Program-made: the position numbers and the translations under genes | The notes under the pieces: model-generated | Told to the model about the DNA's origin: nothing | The model's input: only the letters and a program-made list of their open reading frames with translations | The model's database searches: none | In this document: one piece after another, positions 32,894 through 41,243 of the stretch | How positions within the stretch are numbered: position 1 is the first letter of the stretch | Layout of the letters: the number at the start of each line of letters is the position of its first letter | DNA from: a virus | Direction: 5' to 3' (one strand) | IMG/VR virus record: IMGVR_UViG_3300028802_000002 | Span: 1 to 44,517 of that record | DNA length: 44,517 nucleotides

Positions 32894-34392
32894 CGCCGCA
32901 TCCCAAAATATGAAAATACTGCCTGTGCTATGTTCTCTTTGGCTTGTAGCGCCATCGTTATTTTGTGGTCCAGCTTGGTCCCCCAAAGATCGATATACAA
33001 GCAACTGTCTGCGATTTGACCGTGGCGATGTATCCGATCTTCTATTTGACTTCTGTCGTCCAGAGAGTATGAGTTTTCCGCAAACACCATTGTGCTGCAT
33101 TTATCGGTTACGTCGGGGCCTCCAAGAAGAGTATGGCCATATTTCCCGGCCCTGGATTGGACAAGAATTACTCGACACTTACTGTCACCGTTGAATCGGT
33201 CTTTCTGTGCTTGGATTTCCTCCGGTTCCATACCGCCTTTGATCCAAGCGGGGTTATAGTCATGGAGGGATCGCTCTAATAAACTGAGCGTGTAGCGGTG
33301 AACGTATGGCACAACTACCTTGCCGTTGGCCTCTTCGATAATCTCGCGCACCAAATTAAATCGTGGATTCGCCTCGGGCGGCACCAATTCCTCAATATCG
33401 CCATTTTCCTTGATAATGAATCCACTTTGGATTTGGGCTAGCTTAATATATTTGGTTATGAAGGCGTCGACAGCTACGTTCTCCGCATCGTTAAGCCAGA
33501 GAACGAAATCGTCTTCCATGGATTTGTACATGTTGTCGAGTTTGAGGGTAAGTTGATATTGTCTGGAAGTGTATAATTTTGGGGGGAGATCGGTCCAATC
33601 ACTTTTAGCTGCCCGGAATATGTATTTTTCAATTTTGGCCGCGAGTAACTCTTCGTTTTGGGTACCCACCACCTTCTTGGCTTTGAATCCGCCCATCTTG
33701 CAGAACGTAGTTTTGAAGGGGAAGTATTTTTCATTGATGGCTCCTATAAATCGCATTTGTGCCCAAAGATCATGTGGCCCTTGGGTTACGGGTTTGCCAG
33801 ACAGAATGCGTCGGTATTTGAACACGTGAGCCAATGCGAGGGCTGCTTTCGTTTGCTGACTATTATACGTTTTGATTTGGATGGATTCATCCAGCACGAT
33901 CATTGCATTGCGGTTGGCGACGAATTTGCGGACGTATAGTTGCACTCCATCCTTGCGTATCGCCTCATAGTTGATGATAAGTACCGGGGGTCGGGTGAAT
34001 TGGGTGTTCATGAAGTGATCGTTAGCCCAATCGTTCCCGGATTCGTAGATGTGGGAGTGAACGTCGATGCCGTGTTTCTTTATTTCATCTACCCATCCGG
34101 CCTTGAACGAATTGGGGCAAATCACCACCAATCGGGTAACTTCCTTTTCTTTGACCAAGGACGTAAACTCCACCAAAGCGGTAAGAGTCTTCCCCAAGCC
34201 CATTTCCATGTAGTATGCAAATCCATCTCTTCGATATGATGCTTTGAGCGCCACTTCTTGAACATTTAGTAGTCCCAAGGTTGCCTCATTTTCAATTGGT
34301 CGTCGTTGTCCTGCCTCCGCAGCGTCACTTCGTGGTGGATGTGCTGTTCCAATCTCTCGTGCCAATTCGGGCCGTATGTTTCCGTCAGCCAA
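32890..34392 (-). CDS. SNF2-family helicase
   Basis: TTG start after a GGAGGA RBS. Motif I 'MEMGLGKT', motif II 'VLDESIQIK', motif VI 'QIEDRIHRHGQ'. Confidence 0.9.
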   Translation of the reverse strand: MADGNIRPELAREIGTAHPPRSDAAEAGQRRPIENEATLGLLNVQEVALKASYRRDGFAYYMEMGLGKTLTALVEFTSLVKEKEVTRLVVICPNSFKAGWVDEIKKHGIDVHSHIYESGNDWANDHFMNTQFTRPPVLIINYEAIRKDGVQLYVRKFVANRNAMIVLDESIQIKTYNSQQTKAALALAHVFKYRRILSGKPVTQGPHDLWAQMRFIGAINEKYFPFKTTFCKMGGFKAKKVVGTQNEELLAAKIEKYIFRAAKSDWTDLPPKLYTSRQYQLTLKLDNMYKSMEDDFVLWLNDAENVAVDAFITKYIKLAQIQSGFIIKENGDIEELVPPEANPRFNLVREIIEEANGKVVVPYVHRYTLSLLERSLHDYNPAWIKGGMEPEEIQAQKDRFNGDSKCRVILVQSRAGKYGHTLLGGPDVTDKCSTMVFAENSYSLDDRSQIEDRIHRHGQIADSCLYIDLWGTKLDHKITMALQAKENIAQAVFSYFGMRR

Positions 34393-34434
34393 TTGACGTC
34401 CTCCATGTGCATTTGGATTGCTATTACTACCTTG

Positions 34435-34728
34435 TCATCTTCCATTGCCCAAATCCTGTAATTTTAGCGCGACGTAGGCTAAAAACGCAAAGTTGGCTAC
34501 GTCCGCTAGTTCTACTAGCACATTGCCGTCGTGCTTGTCTTCGTTGAACTGCAGCTCGAACTCGTCTACCTCTAACTGCAACAAATCGAGGATGCCCGGA
34601 ATATCTCGCGTCGTGGGGGTTTCCTTATGGCTATTCTTGTCTAGCTTTATCATCATAGCTTCAAGGAACCCCTCCAGGAAATCGCCGTATTTCTGTAGCG
34701 ATGGCGGTACTTTGATTATTAGATGCAA
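34435..34728 (-). CDS. MazG-like all-alpha NTP pyrophosphohydrolase (MazZ candidate)
   Basis: TTG start after a GGAGAG RBS, overlapping the purZ-like stop by 10 nt. 'KLDKNSHKE', 'LEVDEFELQ' and 'LVELADVANFAFLAYV'. Confidence 0.7.
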   Translation of the reverse strand: MHLIIKVPPSLQKYGDFLEGFLEAMMIKLDKNSHKETPTTRDIPGILDLLQLEVDEFELQFNEDKHDGNVLVELADVANFAFLAYVALKLQDLGNGR

Positions 34729-35762
34729 CGTGGCTCTCCTATATCAGTTACTTTGGGACCGTAACCGGCCAAGAAATATACTGATTTTGTAATGTGGCGC
34801 ACTGCGTCGTTTAATTCCTCCAGTAGCTCTAGCTGATCCTCCGGTTGGAGGTAATCCATGTGGCTTATAAACACCACGTCGGGGTCGTTAGCATAGCAAG
34901 CATCGTAGAACTGATTGAGGGAGAATGACGCTACTCTTCGCACTCGGTCAGTTACCGTCGTCCGTTCTTCCGGGACGCCAATACTCTCCCAATTAGTTTC
35001 ATGCTGGTCTGAGTACCAATCCCCGCTAGTAAACCCATCAATATTCCCAACACGAATCGGAAAAGTTCGGATTGCCATGTAAGTATATGCAAGATGTCTT
35101 GGAGCGATTCTAGCATCGGCTAACCCCTGCATTACGGTGCACTCTCGGCTAGTCACCTTGGGGTAAAAGTGCGAATTGATCCCGAGGCTGAACCCCTGCG
35201 ATATCTCCATGAAATAAGCGTTGCGCTCGGGTTTGAGTCGGTGGTTCTGAATTACCACATTGGGCGCAATTTGTCCCAACGAGTTATTAGCGATAGCGTT
35301 TGGATGCCGCTCAATTTTCTTGACCAGCGCTGCACCAGTTCCACTCCGCGTGCCCGCTACTTCTGCTATGGGGCCGTGTAGCTCAGCTTGACGATCTTCA
35401 TCCGTCACAATAGCGGCGTTGGGGTGTACAAATATACTTACGCGCGGGTACATTTCGGCTTCTTTTTTAAGTATGTCCCGATCAATAATTGCCCCGGCTG
35501 ACAAGTACACCGGAACATGTATGCCGCGCATCGACAAGTACACGCTGAAGGTAGGTAATTGCTTTAGCACGATCTTGTTATCACCGAAATAGCAAGTATG
35601 CCCGCTATTTGGCCCGCCACTGTAAATGCATCCGTCGAAATTGATGGTTTTGTTCTGCTTAAACGCTTGTTCAGCCAAGTACGCGCTCAACGCCCCCTTT
35701 CCCGTTGAGCCGTACTGGCCGTCCACAACGCAATGAACGCCCTTGAATTTGAATAGCTGCAT
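34719..35762 (-). CDS. purZ: Shortened adenylosuccinate-synthetase homologue, PurZ-like
   Basis: 347 aa. 'DGQYGSTGKG' (PurA has GDEGKG), 'GGPNSGHT', 'GTRSGTGAA', 'EISQGFSL', 'FYPKVTSR', 'FPIRVGN' and 'TTVTDRVRRV'. Confidence 0.7.
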   Translation of the reverse strand: MQLFKFKGVHCVVDGQYGSTGKGALSAYLAEQAFKQNKTINFDGCIYSGGPNSGHTCYFGDNKIVLKQLPTFSVYLSMRGIHVPVYLSAGAIIDRDILKKEAEMYPRVSIFVHPNAAIVTDEDRQAELHGPIAEVAGTRSGTGAALVKKIERHPNAIANNSLGQIAPNVVIQNHRLKPERNAYFMEISQGFSLGINSHFYPKVTSRECTVMQGLADARIAPRHLAYTYMAIRTFPIRVGNIDGFTSGDWYSDQHETNWESIGVPEERTTVTDRVRRVASFSLNQFYDACYANDPDVVFISHMDYLQPEDQLELLEELNDAVRHITKSVYFLAGYGPKVTDIGEPRCI

Positions 35763-35764
35763 CG

Positions 35765-36151
35765 TTACTCCGGAAGTTTGTTGACCGGGATTATAGTAGT
35801 CACCATGTCTTTCAATTTGAGGGACTTGGGATCTACTTTCGGTTCGGGCGTTAGCATCGCGGCGAGCGCTGTATAACCCGCGCTGTCGATGAAATTGTCC
35901 ATGGAATAGCCATAGGTGGCGCGGGCGATCTTCACGAGGGTCATCATTTGGGCCACGTCGTGAGCCTTCAGGTGGAGTTCGTCACGGCTCGTGTAAGCAT
36001 GAGTGATGTAGTTACTCCACAGTTCGCCAATCATGTTGAAGGAGCGCTCGGTGTGGCCGTGCTCTTCCAGACGCTGACGAACAGCGCTGGCGGCATCGAG
36101 CAGGACGGATTCGGCAACTTCGAGCGGAGTATTTTTCAGCTTGGGATTCAT
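35765..36151 (-). CDS. Small all-alpha protein of a family common in phage nucleotide-metabolism modules
   Basis: 'HGHTERSFNMIGELWSNYI...HDVAQMMTLVKIARATYGYSMDNFIDSAGYTALAAML'. Its stop lies 2 nt before the purZ-like start. Confidence 0.6.
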   Translation of the reverse strand: MNPKLKNTPLEVAESVLLDAASAVRQRLEEHGHTERSFNMIGELWSNYITHAYTSRDELHLKAHDVAQMMTLVKIARATYGYSMDNFIDSAGYTALAAMLTPEPKVDPKSLKLKDMVTTIIPVNKLPE

Positions 36152-36154
36152 GCG

Positions 36155-36547
36155 TTATCCTTTGATTGAGAAGTAGTATTGGATCAGTTGCTTGTGGAAC
36201 GGTATATCACTCGTCGTTACCGAGAAGCAATCCGTCCGGTGGATTCTGGCTACTGGTCTGTGGAAATAGTAAACACCATCCTTCCATCCTATCATTACGG
36301 GAATAACGTGGCCAGCATTGCCAGCCGCGTCGTGAATACGTGCCAATTCAATCTGTTGTCTTGGCGTCGGACCGAATATGTGCTCCCTAATCATTTTGAT
36401 TTCGGCCATAAATACCGGCATAGCCAAGGGGATTAGTATCATGTCGAAAGTACCCACAGCGAATTGATCCTCGATTCGCCGCGCGTAATGTCCACTTGCA
36501 TGCATATCTCTGACAATACGCCGTTTAATTTCAGCTTCCGTTGTCAT
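36155..36547 (-). CDS. VRR-NUC / PD-(D/E)xK nuclease
   Basis: 'GTFDMILIP...VFMAEIKMIREHIFGPTPRQQIEL' gives the D...E-x-K...Q layout. Confidence 0.7.
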   Translation of the reverse strand: MTTEAEIKRRIVRDMHASGHYARRIEDQFAVGTFDMILIPLAMPVFMAEIKMIREHIFGPTPRQQIELARIHDAAGNAGHVIPVMIGWKDGVYYFHRPVARIHRTDCFSVTTSDIPFHKQLIQYYFSIKG

Positions 36548-36755
36548 CTAACCCCGCCTGTTTATACCACCATTCGGTAACGGTGAACACCCGCATCCCG
36601 TCTTCCGTCAGGTCGCTCATTCCAGCCACCTGGGATTTCGGCAGCCATACTTCCTTCTTAGCGCCCATCGTGGGGTGTATAAGATAGGCTTTGGCTGTGG
36701 TCACTTCGATGCTTGCCTCTACTTCGACCGTAGGGTCGCCGTCCCGATATGGCAT
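36531..36755 (-). CDS. Hypothetical small protein (74 aa; alternative GTG start at 36848)
   Basis: ATG at 36755 after a GGGAG RBS. 'TAKAYLIHP...EVWLPKSQV...FTVTEWWYKQAGL' is a recurrent small phage-protein pattern. Confidence 0.5.
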   Translation of the reverse strand: MPYRDGDPTVEVEASIEVTTAKAYLIHPTMGAKKEVWLPKSQVAGMSDLTEDGMRVFTVTEWWYKQAGLDDNGS

Positions 36756-36782
36756 TTTAGCACACTCCCATGTCCCTGTCAA
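36754..36782 (-). promoter_or_regulatory. Promoter-like motif P13 whose -10 overlaps an ATG
   Basis: TTGACA-GGGACATGGGAGTGTGC-TAAAAT. The ATG at 36755 overlaps the -10. It sits upstream of the nuclease/purZ/mazG/SNF2 block. Confidence 0.5.
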
Positions 36783-36789
36783 GTATTGT

Positions 36790-37074
36790 TTATCGGCTGC
36801 AGCGCCAACTCTTTCTACGATATACTTTCTTCTTACCGTGACGCTCACATTCGTCGTCGGCCTCTGCGTCTAGCTTGTTCTTTTCGGTCGCGTTAATAAC
36901 TGGAATCTTATCAGTCTTAACAGATCGGGTGGATAAATCAATGCCCCAACCTACCATTGAATTGCCATTTGCTTCGTATGCCTGCACTAATGCATCGCGC
37001 TTTATATCTTCACTTGGAGCATCAACAGCGAAAGCGGGGGTGGACAATAATAAAAGTATAGCAGCGTATCTCAT
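36790..37074 (-). CDS. Small secreted protein (signal peptide)
   Basis: 'MRYAAILLLLSTPAFA|VDAP' resembles a Sec signal with an AxA cleavage site. Confidence 0.55.
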   Translation of the reverse strand: MRYAAILLLLSTPAFAVDAPSEDIKRDALVQAYEANGNSMVGWGIDLSTRSVKTDKIPVINATEKNKLDAEADDECERHGKKKVYRRKSWRCSR

Positions 37075-37173
37075 TTGCCGTATTTCTCCTTGATGTAAAT
37101 ATTAACGCACGGTCCGAAAGGTTCTCCGGTTTCAGTCATAATCTCCTTTATTCTTTCATGAAATTCGTCCGCC

Positions 37174-38967
37174 TCACTCTTCGTAACGGTCGAGCTTGTC
37201 TCCGTAGCTCGCTTGTGCCCAATCCCGCCCCGAACCCAACCCAAATGGGATAGGGACGCTAATTTGGAGTTCTTCTGCCACATGTTCTATATTCCTTATG
37301 AGGTCTTTGGGGTCGTGATTAGGGTTACGCTGCCACAATAAACTGTCGTGAATAGTGAGTAAGATCTGAACATCGTTGGGATATGCATCTTCGTATTTGC
37401 ACGCCCGCAGTAAGCACATCTTGAGGTGCTCTCCACCGACATTTTGTATAATTCGAGATACGGCACGATACGCGAATCTGGGATCATCCAGATAAGCTCG
37501 TCGGCCAAGTAGGGTTTTGACATATCCTCGCCTCTTGAATACTGACACTGCGGTGTCCTGAAATAGCTTGATAGCTGGGAACGCGTCAGTGAGGAACCGC
37601 CTGTGGGCGTCTCTGGCCTGCTCTAAGGGCCATCGCATATGCCCCGCAAGCGTCGGTGGAGACATCATTGTGAGCATTCCCATACCCATCCGCTTAGCTG
37701 TCTCGCGATCTAATCCGAGGACTTGGGAGGCTCTATCATGAATGTCCATTGTACCTGATCGGTATCCATCGACAAGGGCGGGATCACCCGAATAGTGGGT
37801 AAATAATCGAGGTTCCTGTTGCTTAGCATCAGCTTCCTCGATGACGAATCCGCTATCAGGGACGACCAACCTTCGAACCACTCTACCGACATCGATATTG
37901 CGTTTTGGGAACGCTTGAAGGTTAGGTTCACTGCACGAGAATCTGACACCGGCTACTCCATAGTCGTCTGACTTAGACTGGTTAAGAATTGGGTGTACTC
38001 TTCCATTGATATTGTGTGTTTCAACAAGCGGAGCAATAAAGCTATCTCTCGCTTTCTCAAGGCGACGTACTCCAAGTATAGCGCCTCCGATTTCATTAGT
38101 TTCGAGCCACTTTTCGGTGAAGGAAATGGCACCGGCGTCGGTTCGAGCGAATTTGTCGTCGGTGTACCCATTGACTCGATATAGTTGCTCAACCGCTTTC
38201 GGCGACCGGACGTTGAAGCCGGGAACAAAGACTTTACTTTTCTCTTTGATGGCTTCTTCAATTTCGCCTCCTACTCGGCTGGCGTAATCAGGGTCAATCT
38301 TTAGTCCTCGGTGGTGGATTCTTGCGACATAAGGAAGTAGGTCACATTCGAGCTGCCACGGCTTTCGTAGCTCGTCATGGTCCAGAATATGTTGCTGAAC
38401 CTTCCATAATTCAAGCGTAGAAATACCGTCACCTGTGGCGTAGTCGACGACGAGAGGGTGGTCGCCTTCCAGCTTCCAAAACCTGCCCATTTGTTTTCGA
38501 TCAGGTAAGCCACCAAATCTCCTGGCCATTTCAGCATATAATTCATCCCCCTTCTTTGGCGTCACCTTGCGCCTAATACAACAATCATCTAATCCGTACC
38601 CTTGAGTAATATCGCTGATGATCGCCTCGTTGATCATCGTATCTTCGAGCGGACCTTCGAGTATGATACCATGGCGAAGGCATATGCGGAGGTCAAAACC
38701 CAAATTATGGCCAACGGTCCTAAACAACATGCGGCTGCGATCCTTGAAAGCACCCGCAAGCTCATGTTCAAATCCGTCCGCGTCTGGTATGTTTCCTCCG
38801 CCTTCATGCCGAACTGGTATATAAATCGAGTAATCTTCGTTAGTGATAACGTACCCGCAAATTTTGTCATTAACCGTTAGCCCCGTTGTTTCAGTGTCAA
38901 ATGCAATTGGTTTATAATGGCACCGGACAAGATCCAGCGCAAGTTGTGGATTGATACATTGCTTCAT
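37174..38967 (-). CDS. Family A DNA polymerase with 3'-5' exonuclease and no 5' nuclease domain
   Basis: Exo motifs 'IAFDTETTGL', 'GHNLGFDL' and 'YATGDGISTLEL'. Pol motifs 'EADAKQQEPRL', 'RETAKRMGMGMLTMM' and 'LLTIHDSLLW'. Confidence 0.9.
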   Translation of the reverse strand: MKQCINPQLALDLVRCHYKPIAFDTETTGLTVNDKICGYVITNEDYSIYIPVRHEGGGNIPDADGFEHELAGAFKDRSRMLFRTVGHNLGFDLRICLRHGIILEGPLEDTMINEAIISDITQGYGLDDCCIRRKVTPKKGDELYAEMARRFGGLPDRKQMGRFWKLEGDHPLVVDYATGDGISTLELWKVQQHILDHDELRKPWQLECDLLPYVARIHHRGLKIDPDYASRVGGEIEEAIKEKSKVFVPGFNVRSPKAVEQLYRVNGYTDDKFARTDAGAISFTEKWLETNEIGGAILGVRRLEKARDSFIAPLVETHNINGRVHPILNQSKSDDYGVAGVRFSCSEPNLQAFPKRNIDVGRVVRRLVVPDSGFVIEEADAKQQEPRLFTHYSGDPALVDGYRSGTMDIHDRASQVLGLDRETAKRMGMGMLTMMSPPTLAGHMRWPLEQARDAHRRFLTDAFPAIKLFQDTAVSVFKRRGYVKTLLGRRAYLDDPRFAYRAVSRIIQNVGGEHLKMCLLRACKYEDAYPNDVQILLTIHDSLLWQRNPNHDPKDLIRNIEHVAEELQISVPIPFGLGSGRDWAQASYGDKLDRYEE

Positions 38968-39185
38968 TTTTGCTCCGATGCGAGGGCGGCGCGGATGAAA
39001 TCAATGATGGCAGCATCATTATCGGTTTGGTGGTCGCTCTCGTGTAACTCCAATAGCTCCCGCAGCGCCGCCTCCAGCGCCTCGATGCGGTCGGCAGCTT
39101 TATCCAGATCAGAAGCAACACAATACCCGTAGTCGTTTGCATACTTGGTGGCATAGCTTCTGAGGTTGGCGACAAGATCGCTCAT
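38964..39185 (-). CDS. Hypothetical protein (73 aa)
   Basis: ATG at 39185 after a GGAG RBS. ATGA coupling to the polymerase gene. Confidence 0.55.
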   Translation of the reverse strand: MSDLVANLRSYATKYANDYGYCVASDLDKAADRIEALEAALRELLELHESDHQTDNDAAIIDFIRAALASEQK

Positions 39186-39201
39186 ATGAATCTCCAAAGA
39201 G

Positions 39202-39230
39202 GCGGGGAGCGCATTTGCGCCACTCCCCGC
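39202..39230 (-). terminator. Intergenic hairpin (partial terminator or processing site)
   Basis: GCGGGGAG-N13-CTCCCCGC, followed on the minus strand by CTCTTTGG. Confidence 0.45.
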
Positions 39231-39256
39231 AGTTGTCCGGTTATGGATTCACCGGA

Positions 39257-40078
39257 TCAGAATTTACCGGCTACTTTTTCATCAATTGGACGAGCAGTGC
39301 CGCTTGCAGGTTCGTCCTCAGCTTCATCGTTCGCGACCCAACTACCCTTGCTGAATTGCTCGAACAGTTGGCTGGTGATCGCCGCCCTACTCTCATCGGC
39401 GAATCCAGCCCCGGTGTAGGCAAAGTTAAAGTAGGGGCCTTCAGCCCCCTTTTGTTGCACCGAACTGATGTCGTACACCTGAGCAAAATGAGCCACTGGC
39501 TTGGAATCAATGCGGCTTAGCAGTTGTTGCATCGGCTTGATGCTCGACCGAGTATTGATGATAACCGAGGGCGATAGTTCGGGATAGTCCACGAGGAACC
39601 ACATCATGTTATACGTGAGGCTCGCCGCAGGTGCCGAATTGGAGTCCCCCGGAATACTGGTCCCGAACTGGTCCAGGCCGCTTTCGGCTACCGTCTTCGC
39701 CGTGCGGTAAGTTACCGATTGAGCCGAGCCTTTGGGCTTTACAGTAAATTCAGCATCAGCAGGGTCCCAATGAATCCCGTCCATAGCCCGAGCAAGTATA
39801 CCACGATCATCATTCCGTGGTGCCCAAAGGACATAGGACTTGCGGATGATAATTGGGATAGCCTTGATGTTAGGGCCGAGATTTTCTTGCGCCACGGTGT
39901 GCCAGAACTGACCTGCTTTAGCACCTGGAAACTCCTGTAGTTCGGGCGAAATGGCCTGCATCAGCTTGACGCGCGGAATAATACGATCCGACGAGTCGAT
40001 ATTACCAATCCGTTGCTTACCATATTGAGACAAGTGGGCGGGGACGCCGCCGCTATTCGCTTTGGTTACGTCGTTCAT
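39257..40078 (-). CDS. Putative ssDNA-binding protein
   Basis: 273 aa, with an acidic C-terminal tail 'NDEAEDEP...' ending in Phe, as in T7 gp2.5-type SSBs. Located in the replication module. Confidence 0.4.
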   Translation of the reverse strand: MNDVTKANSGGVPAHLSQYGKQRIGNIDSSDRIIPRVKLMQAISPELQEFPGAKAGQFWHTVAQENLGPNIKAIPIIIRKSYVLWAPRNDDRGILARAMDGIHWDPADAEFTVKPKGSAQSVTYRTAKTVAESGLDQFGTSIPGDSNSAPAASLTYNMMWFLVDYPELSPSVIINTRSSIKPMQQLLSRIDSKPVAHFAQVYDISSVQQKGAEGPYFNFAYTGAGFADESRAAITSQLFEQFSKGSWVANDEAEDEPASGTARPIDEKVAGKF

Positions 40079-40569
40079 TATTTCACCTTTGTGATCGATG
40101 TGTACGTCATGATGTTCGTTGTGAAGGTAGGTGCTGGCAATTCGGTACCCTCTGCGTTTAGCTCCTTAGCCAAAGCGCCGAGCGTCTGGGCGTTCACCGT
40201 CTCTTGGATTACGCCGCCGTGATTGTTGCCGCGCAGCCATTCGAACCCAGCCTGCTTGTCAGGCATGCTTGCTGACCAGCGCGTCCCAAGGGACACCCGG
40301 CCTACGCCTTCGATTGTGGTGGTCCGAATATTGTGCGCCCGCATTATTTCGGGCACCTGCTCGCGGGACAACTTTTCCTCAATTTGGGCGAGGGCCTCGC
40401 GGGCTTCTTTGATTTGCGCCGTTACCTGACGGAGCTTGTCGTAGTGCTTGATCACCTGAACAGGGTCGTTGGTGGCGATCGCCTCGCTGGTCTGATCCCT
40501 TACGGACCCTGTTATGTATACCAAATTCTCGCAGATTTTATTCAATAGGCTTAGTGTCGAATCTTCCAT
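40078..40569 (-). CDS. Coiled-coil protein, Gam/Gp157-like architecture
   Basis: N-terminal coiled coil, then 'TTTIEGVGRVSLGTRWSASMP...FEWLRGNNHGGVIQETVNAQTL', which parallels the Mu Gam layout. Confidence 0.35.
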   Translation of the reverse strand: MEDSTLSLLNKICENLVYITGSVRDQTSEAIATNDPVQVIKHYDKLRQVTAQIKEAREALAQIEEKLSREQVPEIMRAHNIRTTTIEGVGRVSLGTRWSASMPDKQAGFEWLRGNNHGGVIQETVNAQTLGALAKELNAEGTELPAPTFTTNIMTYTSITKVK

Positions 40570-40610
40570 GTGTTGCTCGCTGAACCGGCACGGGAGCGTG
40601 CCGTATCGAT

Positions 40611-40639
40611 ATCATACCACAGCCGCGCGGCCCTGTCAA
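40611..40639 (-). promoter_or_regulatory. Sigma70-type promoter P8 (replication operon)
   Basis: TTGACA-GGGCCGCGCGGCTGTGG-TATGAT, 41 nt upstream of the ATG at 40569. Confidence 0.8.
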
Positions 40640-40657
40640 GATATCCCTTCGATACGT

Positions 40658-40695
40658 GAACGCCCCTGCGAACTGGGGGGTCAACAGGGGCGTTC
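40658..40695 (-). terminator. Hairpin after 40740..41168
   Basis: GAACGCCCCTG-N16-CAGGGGCGTTC (11-bp arms), immediately upstream of P8. Confidence 0.55.
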
Positions 40696-40739
40696 GACGT
40701 TACAGAGTAATCTTACCCTTGAGGGGGCACCTTTAGGGC

Positions 40740-41168
40740 TTACTCTGCAGCGACAGCGGGCTTGGCTTCGGCAGACTTGTCAACAGCTGACTTCGCCGCA
40801 CCCGTGAGGGCGGGCTTCGGCAGATCGATTGACACTTCGCTTCCGTCTAGCCCGATTGCTTTGCCGTTCTTGCGAACGAACGTAGCGAGCATGTTGCGCA
40901 ATGTCATGCGAGCACGGCCTTCGGCACCGTGGCGCTTCTCAGCAACTTGTGCCTTGTAGTGGTCGACTTTTTCCTGCGCAATGCCGTTGGCTGCCATCAG
41001 TTCGAAGAACTTGTCGAAGCTGAATGAACCCTCAGCGTTGCACTGCTCTTTGATGAACATTGCGAGCGGATCTTCTCCGCCATTCTTATAACGACCGGCG
41101 TACTTAGACGGGACGATTGATCCCTTCTTAGGTGCTTCGGTTTCCGTGGTCTGGGTCGTGTCGGTCAT
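40740..41168 (-). CDS. Paralogue family member 4 (divergent: EGRARMTLRN)
   Basis: ATG at 41168 after a GAGGGA RBS, 30 nt from P9. 'FFELMAANGIAQEKV...HGAEGRARMTLRNMLATFVRKNGKAI'. Confidence 0.7.
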   Translation of the reverse strand: MTDTTQTTETEAPKKGSIVPSKYAGRYKNGGEDPLAMFIKEQCNAEGSFSFDKFFELMAANGIAQEKVDHYKAQVAEKRHGAEGRARMTLRNMLATFVRKNGKAIGLDGSEVSIDLPKPALTGAAKSAVDKSAEAKPAVAAE

Positions 41169-41198
41169 TTCGGTATTCCCTCTTGGTTGACGATCACC

Positions 41199-41227
41199 CA
41201 TCCTACCACAGACCAGCATCCCTGTCA
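41199..41227 (-). promoter_or_regulatory. Sigma70-type promoter P9
   Basis: TTGACA-GGGATGCTGGTCTGTGG-TAGGAT. Confidence 0.7.
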
Positions 41228-41243
41228 AGGTATCCTGAACATA

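Noticed and set aside
37071-37283. 70-aa minus-strand ORF overlapping the 3' end of the DNA polymerase gene.
   Set aside because: Its only long start lies 110 nt inside the polymerase gene. The only start downstream of the polymerase stop (ATG 37139, with a GGAG RBS) would give just 22 aa, which is not enough evidence for a gene call.
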